A stretch of 63,946 nucleotides of DNA, the filler included, from Octopus bimaculoides (lineage: Eukaryota): assembly GCF_001194135.2 (NCBI RefSeq). It is 8 parts of 7 records of this genome, joined end to end, with 100 filler letters (N's around TTAATTAATTAA, not from the genome) between each part and the next. Parts side by side here need not be neighbours in the genome. Positions count along the whole stretch, not along the records: positions 35,068 to 46,133 come from NC_068986.1; positions 46,234 to 49,052 come from NW_026376526.1; positions 49,153 to 53,879 come from NW_026379850.1; 5 more parts are not named here. One strand, given 5' to 3'. Positions 36,801 to 49,470 of this stretch are shown piece by piece (position 1 is the first letter of the stretch; each line of letters begins with the position of its first letter). Below the pieces are notes generated by a model. That model made no database searches. It was not told where the DNA came from and saw only the letters and a list, made by a program, of their open reading frames with translations. A program made the translations under genes and the position numbers.

Positions 36801-37140
36801 ATCATGAATATAAAAAGAAAATCCAGCAGATAGTTCTCCAAGAACTCAATATCAAGACTGAGGCATTTTCGCAGGATGAACTCCTAGGCCTGCTGCAGAA
36901 ATTATAGAATTATAAATAAATCTACTGGTCTTAACGAAATACCTCCTGAGGTATGGAAGACTGAACAGGTTAATGATATCCTCTTCCAGTACTGTAATTC
37001 CACATACAATCAATTAACCATACGAGGATGAAACGAGGGCTGCAGACTACTCTTCCCCACAAAAGAGTATCGTTGCAAGTTTCCATAGTATCACCTTTAC
37101 AATTGCTGCCAAGATATACAATGACCTGCTCCTCATAGAC
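36801..37140 (+). mobile_element. RTE-clade LINE 5' segment in inverted orientation
   Basis: Plus strand: ELNIKTEAFSQDELL..NKSTGLNEIPPEVWKT..CNSTYNQ..GCRLLFP..IAAKIYNDLL, i.e. the linker and first RT blocks of an RTE. Confidence 0.85.
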
Positions 37141-37160
37141 AGACTTTTTGGTTATAGAGA

Positions 37161-37535
37161 AAGGGTACCAACATAGATAAACTGACGCTTGTAGTTACAA
37201 TAAACAGAGTACCAACGTAGTCACAGACATCTGTAGATACAGTGAACAGAGTACCAAGGTAGTCAAAAGGACAAACATTTGTAGATAAAGTTAACACAGT
37301 ACCAACTTAGACAAATAGACAGGTACCTGTAGTTACAATGAAAAGAGTGCTCACGCAGACAAACAGCTGTAGATTCAATGAACAGGGTACCAACACAGAC
37401 AGAAACATAGACACCTTTAGATTCGGTACAAAGGGTACCAACACAAAGAGACACCTGCTTATACAGAGAACAGGAAATCAACCCAGAAAGATGACAGACA
37501 GATCCCTGAAATACAGTGAACAGGGTACCGACCAA
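37161..37535. repeat. Degenerate 40-50-bp minisatellite (8-9 units)
   Basis: Recurring RGTACCAAC...CTGTAGATACARTGAAC. Confidence 0.75.
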
Positions 37536-38460
37536 ACGAAGAAAAACAAATTGATACATGAAAGATAGGGAGTGTGTATGAGACACAAAAGGGGGGGGGG
37601 AGAGAATGGGTACAACTTAGATGCCAAAGGAGATAATGAAAGAGAGTGTGTTAGAGAAAGGAGAGAGAGTGTGTGAGGAAGAGAGAGAGAATGAAAGATT
37701 AGTAAAAGACTTTAACGCAGATACTTANNNNNNNNNNNNNNNNNNNNNNNNNNNNNNNNNNNNNNNNNNNNNNNNNNNNNNNNNNNNNNNNNNNNNNNNN
37801 NNNNNNNNNNNNNNNNNNNNNNNNNNNNNNNNNNNNNNNNNNNNNNNNNNNNNNNNNNNNNNNNNNNNNNNNNNNNNNNNNNNNNNNNNNNNNNNNNNNN
37901 NNNNNNNNNNNNNNNNNNNNNNNNNNNNNNNNNNNNNNNNNNNNNNNNNNNNNNNNNNNNNNNNNNNNNNNNNNNNNNNNNNNNNNNNNNNNNNNNNNNN
38001 NNNNNNNNNNNNNNNNNNNNNNNNNNNNNNNNNNNNNNNNNNNNNNNNNNNNNNNNNNNNNNNNNNNNNNNNNNNNNNNNNNNNNNNNNNNNNNNNNNNN
38101 NNNNNNNNNNNNNNNNNNNNNNNNNNNNNNNNNNNNNNNNNNNNNNNNNNNNNNNNNNNNNNNNNNNNNNNNNNNNNNNNNNNNNNNNNNNNNNNNNNNN
38201 NNNNNNNNNNNNNNNNNNNNNNNNNNNNNNNNNNNNNNNNNNNNNNNNNNNNNNNNNNNNNNNNNNNNNNNNNNNNNNNNNNNNNNNNNNNNNNNNGAAA
38301 GAAAGAAAGAAGGAAAGAAAGAAAGAAAGAAAGAAAGAGGGGATAATGTTGAGACAGTAACATTGACAGACAGTTTTAGCTGAATGCAGTCTACTTATGT
38401 CATTAAATGACGTCATAGTACATCTGTGTGGATGTCTGATTTTGCGAGTCTGTCTGGCTG

Positions 38461-38505
<45 letters not shown>

Positions 38506-39106
38506 TCGCTTTCTGTGTGTGTACGTGTGTGAGTTGCAATACTGTCTGGCTTTACATGTATGTCTACGTGCGTATACGTGTGCATGCAGGCTTGTGCGTG
38601 CGCGTTTGCGAACCGTATGCTTGTATGTAAAAGTGTGTCATCTATGTCAGTGTGTGTGTGAGAGAGTGTTCCTGGCAACCTTTCAGTCTGTCTGTCTCTC
38701 TCTCCCTCTCTCTCTGTACGAGTACCTCGCTCATTGTATCAACAGGTGGTTGCCTGTCTGTCTGTGTTTTTACCCTGCTCGCCGTATTTACAGATGACAG
38801 TTTCAAATGTGTGTGTGTGTGTGTGTGAGTTGTGGGCCATGTTTTGTCTCCTTCTCTCTCTTTCTCACTCATTCTTTAATTCCTTTCTCTCTTTCCCTTT
38901 CTTTCTCCCTCTGCTCTTTCTCTCTTTCTCTCTCTCTTTCACTCTCTATTTTTCTTTGGTGTCTCCTTCTGTCTGTGAGTTAATGTTCACTGTTTTCCTG
39001 CATCTATATGTCTGTAGATATGAACGTGTCTGTTTAGAAGTTATGTTACGCGCATTTTATATGCACGTGAGTCTATATGTGTATATATGTGTATGTAGAT
39101 CTGTCT

Positions 39107-39138
<32 letters not shown>

Positions 39139-39469
39139 NNNNNNNNNNNNNNNNNNNNNNNNNNNNNNNNNNNNNNNNNNNNNNNNNNNNNNNNNNNNNN
39201 NNNNNNNNNNNNNNNNNNNNNNNNNNNNNNNNNNNNNNNNNNNNNNNNNNNNNNNNNNNNNNNNNNNNNNNNNNNNNNNNNNNNNNNNNNNNNNNNNNNN
39301 NNNNNNNNNNNNNNNNNNNNNNNNNNNNNNNNNNNNNNNNNNNNNNNNNNNNNNNNNNNNNNNNNNNNNNNNNNNNNNNNNNNNNNNNNNNNNNNNNNNN
39401 NNNNNNNNNNNNNNNNNNNNNNNNNNNACTGAAATATACTTTCAGTTTTCATCTGATTCATAAAGAACA

Positions 39470-41110
39470 GTTTTCCTTGATATTTATGGTAGAAATGATA
39501 AAGTTTTTTGACCCACCAAATTTTGGGAAAGATCCGTTCGCACAGGCAGATTGCTATGGGAAGTTATCCCATCTGGAGTTGCTATATCTTTGGGGGTGCA
39601 AGTTTGCGCACGCTGCTTTTAAATTGCCCTTCAACATTACATAGAATAACAGTTCTTCTGGCAATATTGATTTCAAAGTTTGGTACAAAGCCACTAATTT
39701 CAAGGAAGGGTGTGAGGCGGTTACATGGATCCCGGCGCTCAATTGGCACTTATTTTATCGACTCCGGAAGGATGAAAGACAAAGTCGAGCTCAGCGGAAT
39801 TTGAACTCGGAAAGTGAAGATGAACGAAATGCCACTAAACATTTCGCCGGCTGTGCTAATGATTCCGCCAGCTCGCCACCTAAGGTGTTTTTTGTTTTTT
39901 GTTTTTTGTTTTTTGCGTTTTTGCAATATTGCCAAAGGATCTTCACAGATACAGGTTCTGAAACACACTGAGCTACAAGTAAGAGATATGCGCACAATGT
40001 GACTCTCGATCGTAACTTATAATATTTCAAATGGAGTCAGTCTTGATATAGGTTGTTTGAAGAAAACTCTCCCCTCTCCCTCATATCTAAAAGCCATTTG
40101 TTTGGGACAAATTTTTTAATTTCATTTTTCTACCAACAGTTCAATTTGCAAAACGGTTTACTGCAGTTGAGATCAAAGGTTGGGCACCAGTTGACATTAA
40201 AAGTGAAAAATAGAGTGGAGGAGAAGAAAAATAGGGTGGAGGAGAAGAAAAATAGGGTGGAGGAGAAGAAAAGTATAATTGTGGAACAATCGTCGACATA
40301 GCTCACGATATTAGTTTTGAAAGTTTACCCATAAACCTTGAGTGAATGAAAAAGACCATGATTGGCTTTCTGAATGTGCCATCCTAGCACCAAAAAATGA
40401 TATCGTGCATGATATTAATACCTCCATCATTGCACATTTACCAACCAATTCCAGATGGTGAAAGACAGTTGTCATTTTGTTGAATTTAACGATACTGCCA
40501 ACTGTCTAAAAGAGTTTCTCAGTTCTTTTCAATCCGTAGATGTCCCTCTTTACAATGCGCAATTGAATACAGGAGAACTCATTTAAGTTGCTGCAAAATT
40601 TGGACGCACTAAACCTCTAACTGTATAAGATTTCCTGCAAAAATTCTCATGATCCTTGTGACAGAAGCCACTATTATGAATGGTTTCGCGAAGAAAAACG
40701 TTTTCATTACGCCATTGACGTAGCTACAGTGTGCAACCCGGGGCGGCTCATGAGTGAACCTCAAAGTGCCGCCCCACAAGATGTAGTTAAGAGGCGAAGA
40801 AGAGTGGCGGATAAATTTTCTTATGCCCTCTTCCCATTAGGAATGCCATTTCAGTTCAAGTGTCTTCAGTTTCTAGAGACCATCAAAAAAGTCTAAAAGA
40901 ACAATATCTTATTCTATGATCATCAACGAATCTCAAGGATACTCAAAAATACTCGTCTCTGGAGTTGAAGTGACAGCTCCACGCTTCTCCTGTGGTCAGC
41001 TCTAAGCTGTATGCTCTCTCTTGTTGAAACAAGTAGGCATTTTTTCATCAGATCATCAAATAGCAGAGAAAGAAATGAAGTCTGCACCAGAACTTCTGCT
41101 GAATAATATA
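39470..41110 (+). mobile_element. Helitron RepHel PIF1-type helicase remnant with nested insertions
   Basis: In order: FFDPPNFGK (degenerate Walker A), SGVA..AHAAFKLPFN, CNIAKGS..VL..RDMRTM, DWLSECAILAPKNDIVHDIN, EFLSS, LLQNLD, MPFQFKCLQF, MIINESQG..FSCGQL*AVCS. Confidence 0.85.
39670..39880 (-). mobile_element. SINE family D nested in the Helitron
   Basis: The reverse complement begins GGTGGCGAGCTGGCGGAATCATTAGCAC and contains GACTTTGTCTTTCATCCTTCCGGAGTCGATAAAATAAGTGCCA. Confidence 0.8.
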
Positions 41111-41319
41111 CATTTCTGTTTTCAGTATTGCATAGAAACTTAAAATGTTGAAGAAAATACATAAAGTATAACATAAAGATAGTATTTCTCAAGTAACAAA
41201 ATTTAAATTATCAACAAATCCAATGGAAGTACTGGTTAGTTACCTATTCAAAAAGTGTTGAATGTTACAATTAATATTCAACTGTAAGGTACTAGCTAGA
41301 CCGTGGTTTATACATATTT

Positions 41320-41698
41320 TAAGAACATAAAAAAAAATAGACGGATAATTGATAATTATTTATTAATTAAAATATTATACATCATCTCTAACAGCTGTTT
41401 CGATTCCAGACATTTAGAAATTAATTACCATAATTAAAACCATTTGATAGTCGAATCTCATCAGAGATGGCTAAAAATATACAATTAGGTGTTCATATTC
41501 CTGCTATTTGAGTACACGGCTCCAAACCGTAAACGGTTTGGATCCGTGTACTCACCAAGCAGGAATATTCGACTTTTAAATGGTTTTAATTATGGTAATT
41601 AATTTCTAAAAGTCTGGAAAATCGAAACAGCTGTCGGAGATGATGTCTATTTTTTTAATTAATAAATAATTATTAATTATCTCTCTATTTTCTTATCT
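41320..41698. repeat. Large near-perfect inverted repeat of a Penelope pseudo-LTR-like unit
   Basis: Centre CCAAACCGT-AA-ACGGTTTGG (41522-41541). The arms pair outward for about 170 bp, and the left arm carries an extra ~40 bp (about 41456-41495). Confidence 0.85.
41383..41470 (-). ncRNA. Type I hammerhead ribozyme motif with long AT-rich helix II
   Basis: Minus strand: CATCT-CTGATGA-GATTC[~46 nt foldable]GAATC-GAAA-CAGCTGT-T-AGAGATG. Canonical core, palindromic helix III ACAGCUGU, GUU triplet. Helix I is 3 bp plus 2 bp beyond a bulge. Confidence 0.68.
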
Positions 41699-41706
41699 TC
41701 TTGCAT

Positions 41707-41770
<64 letters not shown>

Positions 41771-41805
41771 GGAGAGAGACAAAGAGAGGGAGAGAGATTT
41801 GTGTA

Positions 41806-41843
<38 letters not shown>

Positions 41844-42747
41844 CACTAACTATAAGTTTTTAGCATATTTACAGATAGATTAAGATCATATCAGATATCA
41901 ACATGAACTGCTACAGTAGTTCAATATTGAACAGTTTAAATACAGATGTAAAAACAACTGACAATAACCGGGTTTCTTAGCAGTCACGGTGACCTTAACT
42001 TCAATATGTGTGTATGCTTGTATGTGCACGAGTCTACAATTTATATATATATATATACATATATATCTATATATATACATATATATATATCTATATATAN
42101 NNNNNNNNNNNNNNNNNNNNNNNNNNNNNNNNNNNNNNNNNNNNNNNNNNNNNNNNNNNNNNNNNNNNNNNNNNNNNNNNNNNNNNNNNNNNNNNNNNNN
42201 NNNNNNNNNNNNNNNNNNNNNNNNNNNNNNNNNNNNNNNNNNNNNNNNNNNNNNNNNNNNNNNNNNNNNNNNNNNNNNNNNNNNNNNNNNNNNNNNNNNN
42301 NNNNNNNNNNNNNNNNNNNNNNNNNNNNNNNNNNNNNNNNNNNNNNNNNNNNNNNNNNNNNNNNNTGTACACCTCTTGGTGCAAATGTGTTTATACTTTT
42401 CTCTTTGTATGTATGTATGTATGTATGTATATGTGCAGATTTGTATGTTTTGTTTTATGTACGTCTTCTCATGCATATATTTGCATATCTTGATATGCTC
42501 ATATATATTTAAATGATAAACTTCTAGAAAGTTTTACTGATTTTTTTCAGTTCCAGTGAAGCATTGGATCCGTCTCTTCGAATCGGCTTTCTCCTTTCTG
42601 GTTTTGAGAAGCCTAATTTCTCAAGATTGGTATTTAGGCAAGGCGTTACATATCCCAGTGATCTTCAGTTTTATGTTAACATCCGCTGGGCAGCTGATTT
42701 TCATAACTGTACAGTTTTTCTTCTCTATTTCAAATCATTATATCATA

Positions 42748-42778
<31 letters not shown>

Positions 42779-43074
42779 ATGTATGTATGTATGTATGTAT
42801 GTATGTATGAATGTATGTATCCTTGTGAGGAGGGTTACTAGAGACCCAGCAGGACGAAAAACAACACCTGTCCAAAGTACGGATGGACCTAGTGTAGGTT
42901 AAACGACTATCCATCAGTAGCACGGGTCCTCAGAATTTCGAGCTGTTGTCCGGCGTGCTGGAAAACCATTGGGAGTGAGGTACCCCTCAGCTTTTGCTAA
43001 AGCATGTCTCTGGGAGAAGGTCACACTGGTACAAAATCAGATATCCTGGGAATGGCATTGAACATTTTGGGAAT

Positions 43075-43165
43075 ATACTAGAAGACACTTGGCCAAGATG
43101 CCACGCAGTGGGACTGGACTCAGAATCATGTGGTTGGGGGAAAAACTTCTTACCACACAGCCATG
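43075..43165 (-). mobile_element. SINE family A head/CORE fragment
   Basis: TAGAAGACACTTGGCCAAG..CCACGCAGTGGGACTG..ACCACACAGCCA. Confidence 0.75.
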
Positions 43166-43419
43166 TCTATGTCTACGCAGTAAGGATCATTACGATCTTG
43201 GCAATTAATTTGGTAGTTAGTTAGGGTTAAATACGCTTCATGTGTATATTTAACTAACAGAGTACTCGAAAGGAGTAACAATAACACTCCTTATAAAATC
43301 AAGTAATTAATAAAATATCAACTAGTTAATTAAGAATGTTAAGCAAACTATAGGTCCAAGACTAGTACTACTAGACGCTGCATTGAATTGTCATCGATGA
43401 CAGTTGAAAATATACAAGA

Positions 43420-43635
43420 CTTGAGATAGGAAGGCTTTCCTCCAGAGAACATGTAGACATGGAACTTAAACAGGGGCAGAAGAGAGGACGACCTAAATCT
43501 TGTAGGGGGGCGGGATATTGAGGCAGTGCTGGAAAATCAGGAATCCAACTAGACTGAAGCGACAGCCCACAGTCGAGAACAGTGGAGAAAAGTAGTCGAT
43601 GGCCTGTGCTCCATACGGAGCAATGGGCTAGGTCA
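43420..43635 (+). mobile_element. RTE-like LINE 3' end
   Basis: TWNLKQGQKRGRPKS..DIEAVL..AHSREQWRKVVDGLCSIRS matches the RTE C-terminal consensus. Confidence 0.7.
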
Positions 43636-44213
43636 GTCATAGGCAGATTACAACCCATGCATGGGGCTTTCTGAATGTCACGCGCAAGAAAAAAATTACC
43701 TTGAATTGTTTTAGCATTGCGGCCCCTTCTCAAAAACGGTTGCCCATTCCTTGCTTAATTAAATAAATAAAATAGTAATAATGTTACACAGAGAATTTTT
43801 AAAAAGGTTTTGCTTATCTCNNNNNNNNNNNNNNNNNNNNNNNNNNNNNNNNNNNNNNNNNNNNNNNNNNNNNNNNNNNNNNNNNNNNNNNNNNNNNNNN
43901 NNNNNNNNNNNNNNNNNNNNNNNNNNNNNNNNNNNNNNNNNNNNNNNNNNNNNNNNNNNNNNNNNNNNNNNNNNNNNNNNNNNNNNNNNNNNNNNNNNNN
44001 NNNNNNNNNNNNNNNNNNNNNNNNNNNNNNNNNNNNNNNNNNNNNNNNNNNNNNNNNNNNNNNNNNNNNNNNNNNNNNNNNNNNNNNNNNNNNNNNNNNN
44101 NNNNNNNNNNNNNNNNNNNNNNNNNNNNNNNNNNNNNNNNNNNNNNNNNNNNNNNNNNNNNNNNNNNNNNNNNNNNNNNNNNNNNNATATATATATATAT
44201 ATATACATATATA

Positions 44214-44376
44214 CGACGGACTTATTTCAGTTTCCGTCTACCAAATCCACTCACAGGGCTTTGGTCGGCTCGAGGCTATAATAGAAGACACTTGCCCAAG
44301 GTGCCACGCAGTGGGACTGAACCCAGAACCATGTGGTTGGTAAGCAAGATACTTACCACACAGCCACTCCTGTACC
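44214..44376 (-). mobile_element. SINE family A 5' half (tail in gap)
   Basis: Head and CORE-like domain are homologous to 23767-23930. Confidence 0.88.
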
Positions 44377-45060
44377 TTATAGAATATATTTGTAACGTGC
44401 TTGTTTCTTCGCCTGAACACCTTAGTTCTTTTATGATTATTTAAATGTTTACTAATATAGACAAGGATACCAGTAATCATAAGCATTAATGTGGGTTTAC
44501 AATCTGTGTAGAGAAGCCGTAGATTTCGTAGTAATTTTCCATAAATACTCTTTTCTCTTTCAGCTGACATACATAACAGTACATAAATTTTGTTTCTTTC
44601 TCAAACTATATTAGGCCTTCTGTGTTTACATTTGGTAGCAGCTATGATAGGAATGTTCCACCACGAGTCCTTGTCTTAGAATGTTAGAATGTCTGTATAT
44701 ACTCAGAATCAGAATTTTTTCTATATTTATCCCAGGGCAGTATTTTCTTCGGATGGTATAATATACTATTTAAGTAACAATGTCATACTGCGTTTGAGGA
44801 TATTACCGTGACAACAATTTTGTACAGCTACTGATCACAAGTGTAATATCTTCCACTGAAATGTGACGTAATCAGTATGATCGCTTCACAGTCTGTCCTT
44901 TGTTCAACAGATATTTAGTTAGTAGCTATCGTCAGCTCTTTGAATGAGAAAATATATAATCTTTGAAAATACCACGTGATTTAAGAACAGCCAGTAGTCG
45001 AAGAGAAGCTACACCCTCTTGTCAATATTGATAAGCGCAAATACACAAACATACGCGAAA

Positions 45061-45121
<61 letters not shown>

Positions 45122-45540
45122 CACACATACACATACACAGATACAAATATTTACGCGAATGTCATGCATACACTCGTATACATATGCATTCACACACTGA
45201 CAAAACGCGCATGCGCGCACACATTCCCGAGCTTACATGAAACACACCCAAGTCTTGTTTATCTTTTTGTTGTTGTTGTTGTTGCTGTTGTTGTTGTTGT
45301 TGTTATGCTTACAAAGTACTTTTTTGAGGAGTTCCCTCTCGAGCGGTAGCATGTTTTTCTCTTGTACGAATACTTGATTAAAACATTGGATGCTTTGCGG
45401 GATTTCCCCTCCTGCTGAAGTCAACTTTGTTTCAATTCTGCCGGTATCGAGCAAATAAAATAAGCAGTGGGGTGACTGGCATCGGCAACCCCTCCCCTCA
45501 TTATTGCTGGCCTTGTACCTAAATTAGGAACAATTATTAA

Positions 45541-45768
45541 GGCGGCGAGTTGGCAGAATCGTTAGCATGCCGGACGAAATGCTTAGCGGTATTTTGTCTA
45601 CAGCTACGTTTTGAGTTCAAGTTCCGCCGAGGTCGACTATGCCTTTTCTTCCTTTAGGGGTCGATAAATTAAGTACCAGTAAAACACTGGGAGTCAATGT
45701 AATTGATTACTCCCACCCCCAAAATTCTAGGCCTTGTACTTTTTAGTAGAAAGAATTATTATTATTAT
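45541..45768 (+). mobile_element. SINE family D, near full-length
   Basis: GGCGGCGAGTTGGCAGAATCGTTAGC head, GAGTTCAAGTTCC B-box, central GCCTTTTCTTCCTTTAGGGGTCGATAAATTAAGTACCAG, (ATT)n tail. Confidence 0.85.
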
Positions 45769-45811
45769 ATTTTTAAAAAAGGATTGACGTAACTTTTCAC
45801 GAAGGTAATTA

Positions 45812-46133
45812 TTATTATTATTATTCAGTAGTTTTATTTTTATAACGTGCTTTCACTTCACTACCGAGCGCAGCTCTGTGCGCCTTGGGTATGTGCTGTG
45901 GTTTGCTGTGGTGCTCTTATGGTTACTGTATTGAAAGTGTTTTGCGTAGAATGTGTGCAGTACCCAGTAGTGCAATTTTCTGTATGTTATATATATTTGT
46001 AAGTCCTGCTATTTTTGTTATGTATTTGTCTGAATATTTTTTATTATACCTAAGGCACCTACTATGATAGGAATTGTTTCTGTTTTTAGATTCCACATTC
46101 GAGTTATCTCTTTTTCCAGGTCTTTGTATTTTG
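45812..46133 (-). mobile_element. Restriction-like endonuclease LINE (R4/HERO-type) 3' end
   Basis: KYKDLEKEITRMWNLKTETIPIIVGALGIIKK...LLGTAHILRKTLSIQ*, then a short 3' UTR and (TAA)n tail. Confidence 0.8.
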
Positions 46134-46717
46134 NNNNNNNNNNNNNNNNNNNNNNNNNNNNNNNNNNNNNNNNNNNNTTAATTAATTAANNNNNNNNNNN
46201 NNNNNNNNNNNNNNNNNNNNNNNNNNNNNNNNNTATATATATATGCGTAGGAATGTATGCAGGTATTTATGTATGCATACATTTCTGAATGTAAATATTC
46301 GTATGTGTCTACGTCTATATGTTATCGCAGATAAGACGGCGTACAGGAAATACAGAACTTCGAACCGTGGATTGGTTCTGTCGATGAACGGTACACATTG
46401 GCTGCTATCATATCTTAGTTATCCTATTGGATGTCGTGTGTAATCTTATATACATATGTATATATATACACATACTTATACAAACACACACATAGTTATA
46501 TAGAAATACATGAGAACGTATGGAAACTAATCGTTTATAAGAAGCACATACCAATATCGGTAGTAATACTGTGTAATAGAGAGAGTCGTCTGTTATGTGG
46601 TTAAAACCCTTCTAAACAAGAACTCATAGGCGTGCCTTTACAAAATTATGAGCAGCGATATTGAAGCGCAGTCATGTTCGAAAGAGCATCTCTATATGTA
46701 TATGCATATGCGCTTCG

Positions 46718-46815
<98 letters not shown>

Positions 46816-47344
46816 NNNNNNNNNNNNNNNNNNNNNNNNNNNNNNNNNNNNNNNNNNNNNNNNNNNNNNNNNNNNNNNNNNNNNNNNNNNNNNNNNNNNN
46901 NNNNNNNNNNNNNNNNNNNNNNNNNNNNNNNNNNNNNNNNNNNNNNNNNNNNNNNNNNNNNNNNNNNNNNNNNNNNNNNNNNNNNNNNNNATGATGATGA
47001 TGATGATAATAATAATTTAAAAAAAAAAATAATAATGGCATGCACTGCTCTCTCACTCAATAATAATAGTAATAATAACAATATGTATATATGTATTTAT
47101 ATATATAGATATCGCTATATTGTTAGAATTTAAAAACATTAACTGTAGAAGTATATATATTGATACATGAAAATATGTGTGGTGTATGTGTATGTATATA
47201 TATGTAGTTATATGTACATATACATATATATGTATATATCTATGTATATATGTACATACATACATGCATGCATACATACGTATACATACATGCATACATA
47301 TATATATATACATACATATACACACATATACATATCTATCTATT

Positions 47345-47401
<57 letters not shown>

Positions 47402-48264
47402 CCGTGTGTGCATGTGAGTACATGCAGAATTATTACTCCTAAAATTAACGGAAAAATCATACCACATACGAACATTTTTTAAAATTAATACAACTGCTAA
47501 ATCCTCCATCAATCACTCCCTAATGTCTTTAGATACGAAAAATGAAACATTGGTGAACTTAGTTCTATGAATTAAACGAAATTACACAGTGTTTTCGGAC
47601 AAAAAATTTGAATAAGATACCCGGTATACAACAATGGAACACCCTTCACAGTGGGTAGCCAATCACTCCCTCACACATGTGCAAACACACACTTATACCT
47701 ACCTACACACAAACACACACACGCATGCACGCAAGTGCGTACGTTTGTATGCACGTATGTGTGTATGTATGGATGGATGGGCAGATTGATGGATGGATGG
47801 ATGGATGGATGGATGGATTGGTGACCGGATGGGCAGATGGGTGGAAGGAAGAATGGTTATAGGAGGATGGTTATAGGTGTGTATGTAACTAGGTTTAGTT
47901 CAAGATGGTTAGTCTGATACTTGGTCTAAATATTTAGGTTAAACCAAACGGGAAGACACGCTCAAGAGCTAGAGTCGAATTAATAATAAAATAATCGAGA
48001 ATATTAAAAGAAGAAAATCAGCAATGAGAAAATAGATAACTAATAAGAGAAGTATGAAGAGTTTGTATGCATACTCATACATGCATACTAGCCTACATAC
48101 ATACATACATACATACATACATACATGCATACGTACATACACGCATGTATACATACATACAGACATGCATAGACACGTACATATATAAATATATACGTAC
48201 AAACAATGCATACAAGCATCATTATCTCTCTCTTTCTAAATCTAAATCTCTCTCCCTACATGTA

Positions 48265-48305
<41 letters not shown>

Positions 48306-49018
48306 NNNNNNNNNNNNNNNNNNNNNNNNNNNNNNNNNNNNNNNNNNNNNNNNNNNNNNNNNNNNNNNNNNNNNNNNNNNNNNNNNNNNNNNNNNNNNNN
48401 NNNNNNNNNNNNNNNNNNNNNNNNNNNNNNNNNNNNNNNNNNNNNNNNNNNNNNNNNNNNNNNNNNNNNNNNNNNNNNNNNNNNNNNNNNNNNNNNNNNN
48501 NNNNNNNNNNNNNNNNNNNNNNNNNNNNNNNNNNNNNNNNNNNNNNNNNNNNNNNNNNNNNNNNNNNNNNNNNNNNNNNNNNNNNNNNNNNNNNNNNNNN
48601 NNNNNNNNNNNNNNNNNNNNNNNNNNNNNNNNNNNNNNNNNNNNNNNNNNNNNNNNNNNNNNNNNNNNNNNNNNNNNNNNNNNNNNNNNNNNNNNNNNNN
48701 NNNNNNNNNNNNNNNNNNNNNNNNNNNNNNNNNNNNNNNNNNNNNNNNNNNNNNNNNCATACATATATATATATTATACATATATATATATATCATACAT
48801 ATATATATTTATATATTTATTTGTGTGTGTTGGTTTTCGTGAACATATATAACGAATAGATTTTTAAAATGTATGTCTACCAACAATTCTCTAAAAATAC
48901 ATGTGAAGCCACGGGTGTCTCGAAACTCGATTATAAAATATCTACCTACATATATGAACACATGTATGTATACACAACCAGAAATGTATTTTTCCAAATA
49001 TATGTATGTGTGTATGTG

Positions 49019-49052
<34 letters not shown>

Positions 49053-49284
49053 NNNNNNNNNNNNNNNNNNNNNNNNNNNNNNNNNNNNNNNNNNNNTTAA
49101 TTAATTAANNNNNNNNNNNNNNNNNNNNNNNNNNNNNNNNNNNNNNNNNNNNACGTACGTACGTATATAGATATATACATACGTACGTACGTATATAGAT
49201 ATATACATACGTACGTACACAATACATACATACGTATATACATATATACATACATACGTACATACATACATACGTACATACATA

Positions 49285-49470
49285 ACTGGCCACACCATGA
49301 GTTACGACAATAAGGGTCCCAGTTGATCCGATCAACGAAACAGGTTGCTCGCGAAATTAACGTGCAAATGGCTGAGTACTCCACAGACACGTGTACCCTT
49401 AACGGAGTTCTCAGGGAACTTCCGCGTGACCCAAAATGCGACAACGTTGGCCCATGGAATTACAGGTACA
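49285..49470 (-). mobile_element. SINE family B 3' fragment
   Basis: CCAGTTGATCCGATCAACG..GTGCAAATGGCTGAGTACTCCACAGACACGTGTACCCTTAACG. Confidence 0.8.

Noticed and set aside
37161-37535. CRISPR-like array
   Set aside because: The repeats are degenerate, the 'spacers' are homologous to each other, the context is eukaryotic and there are no cas genes.
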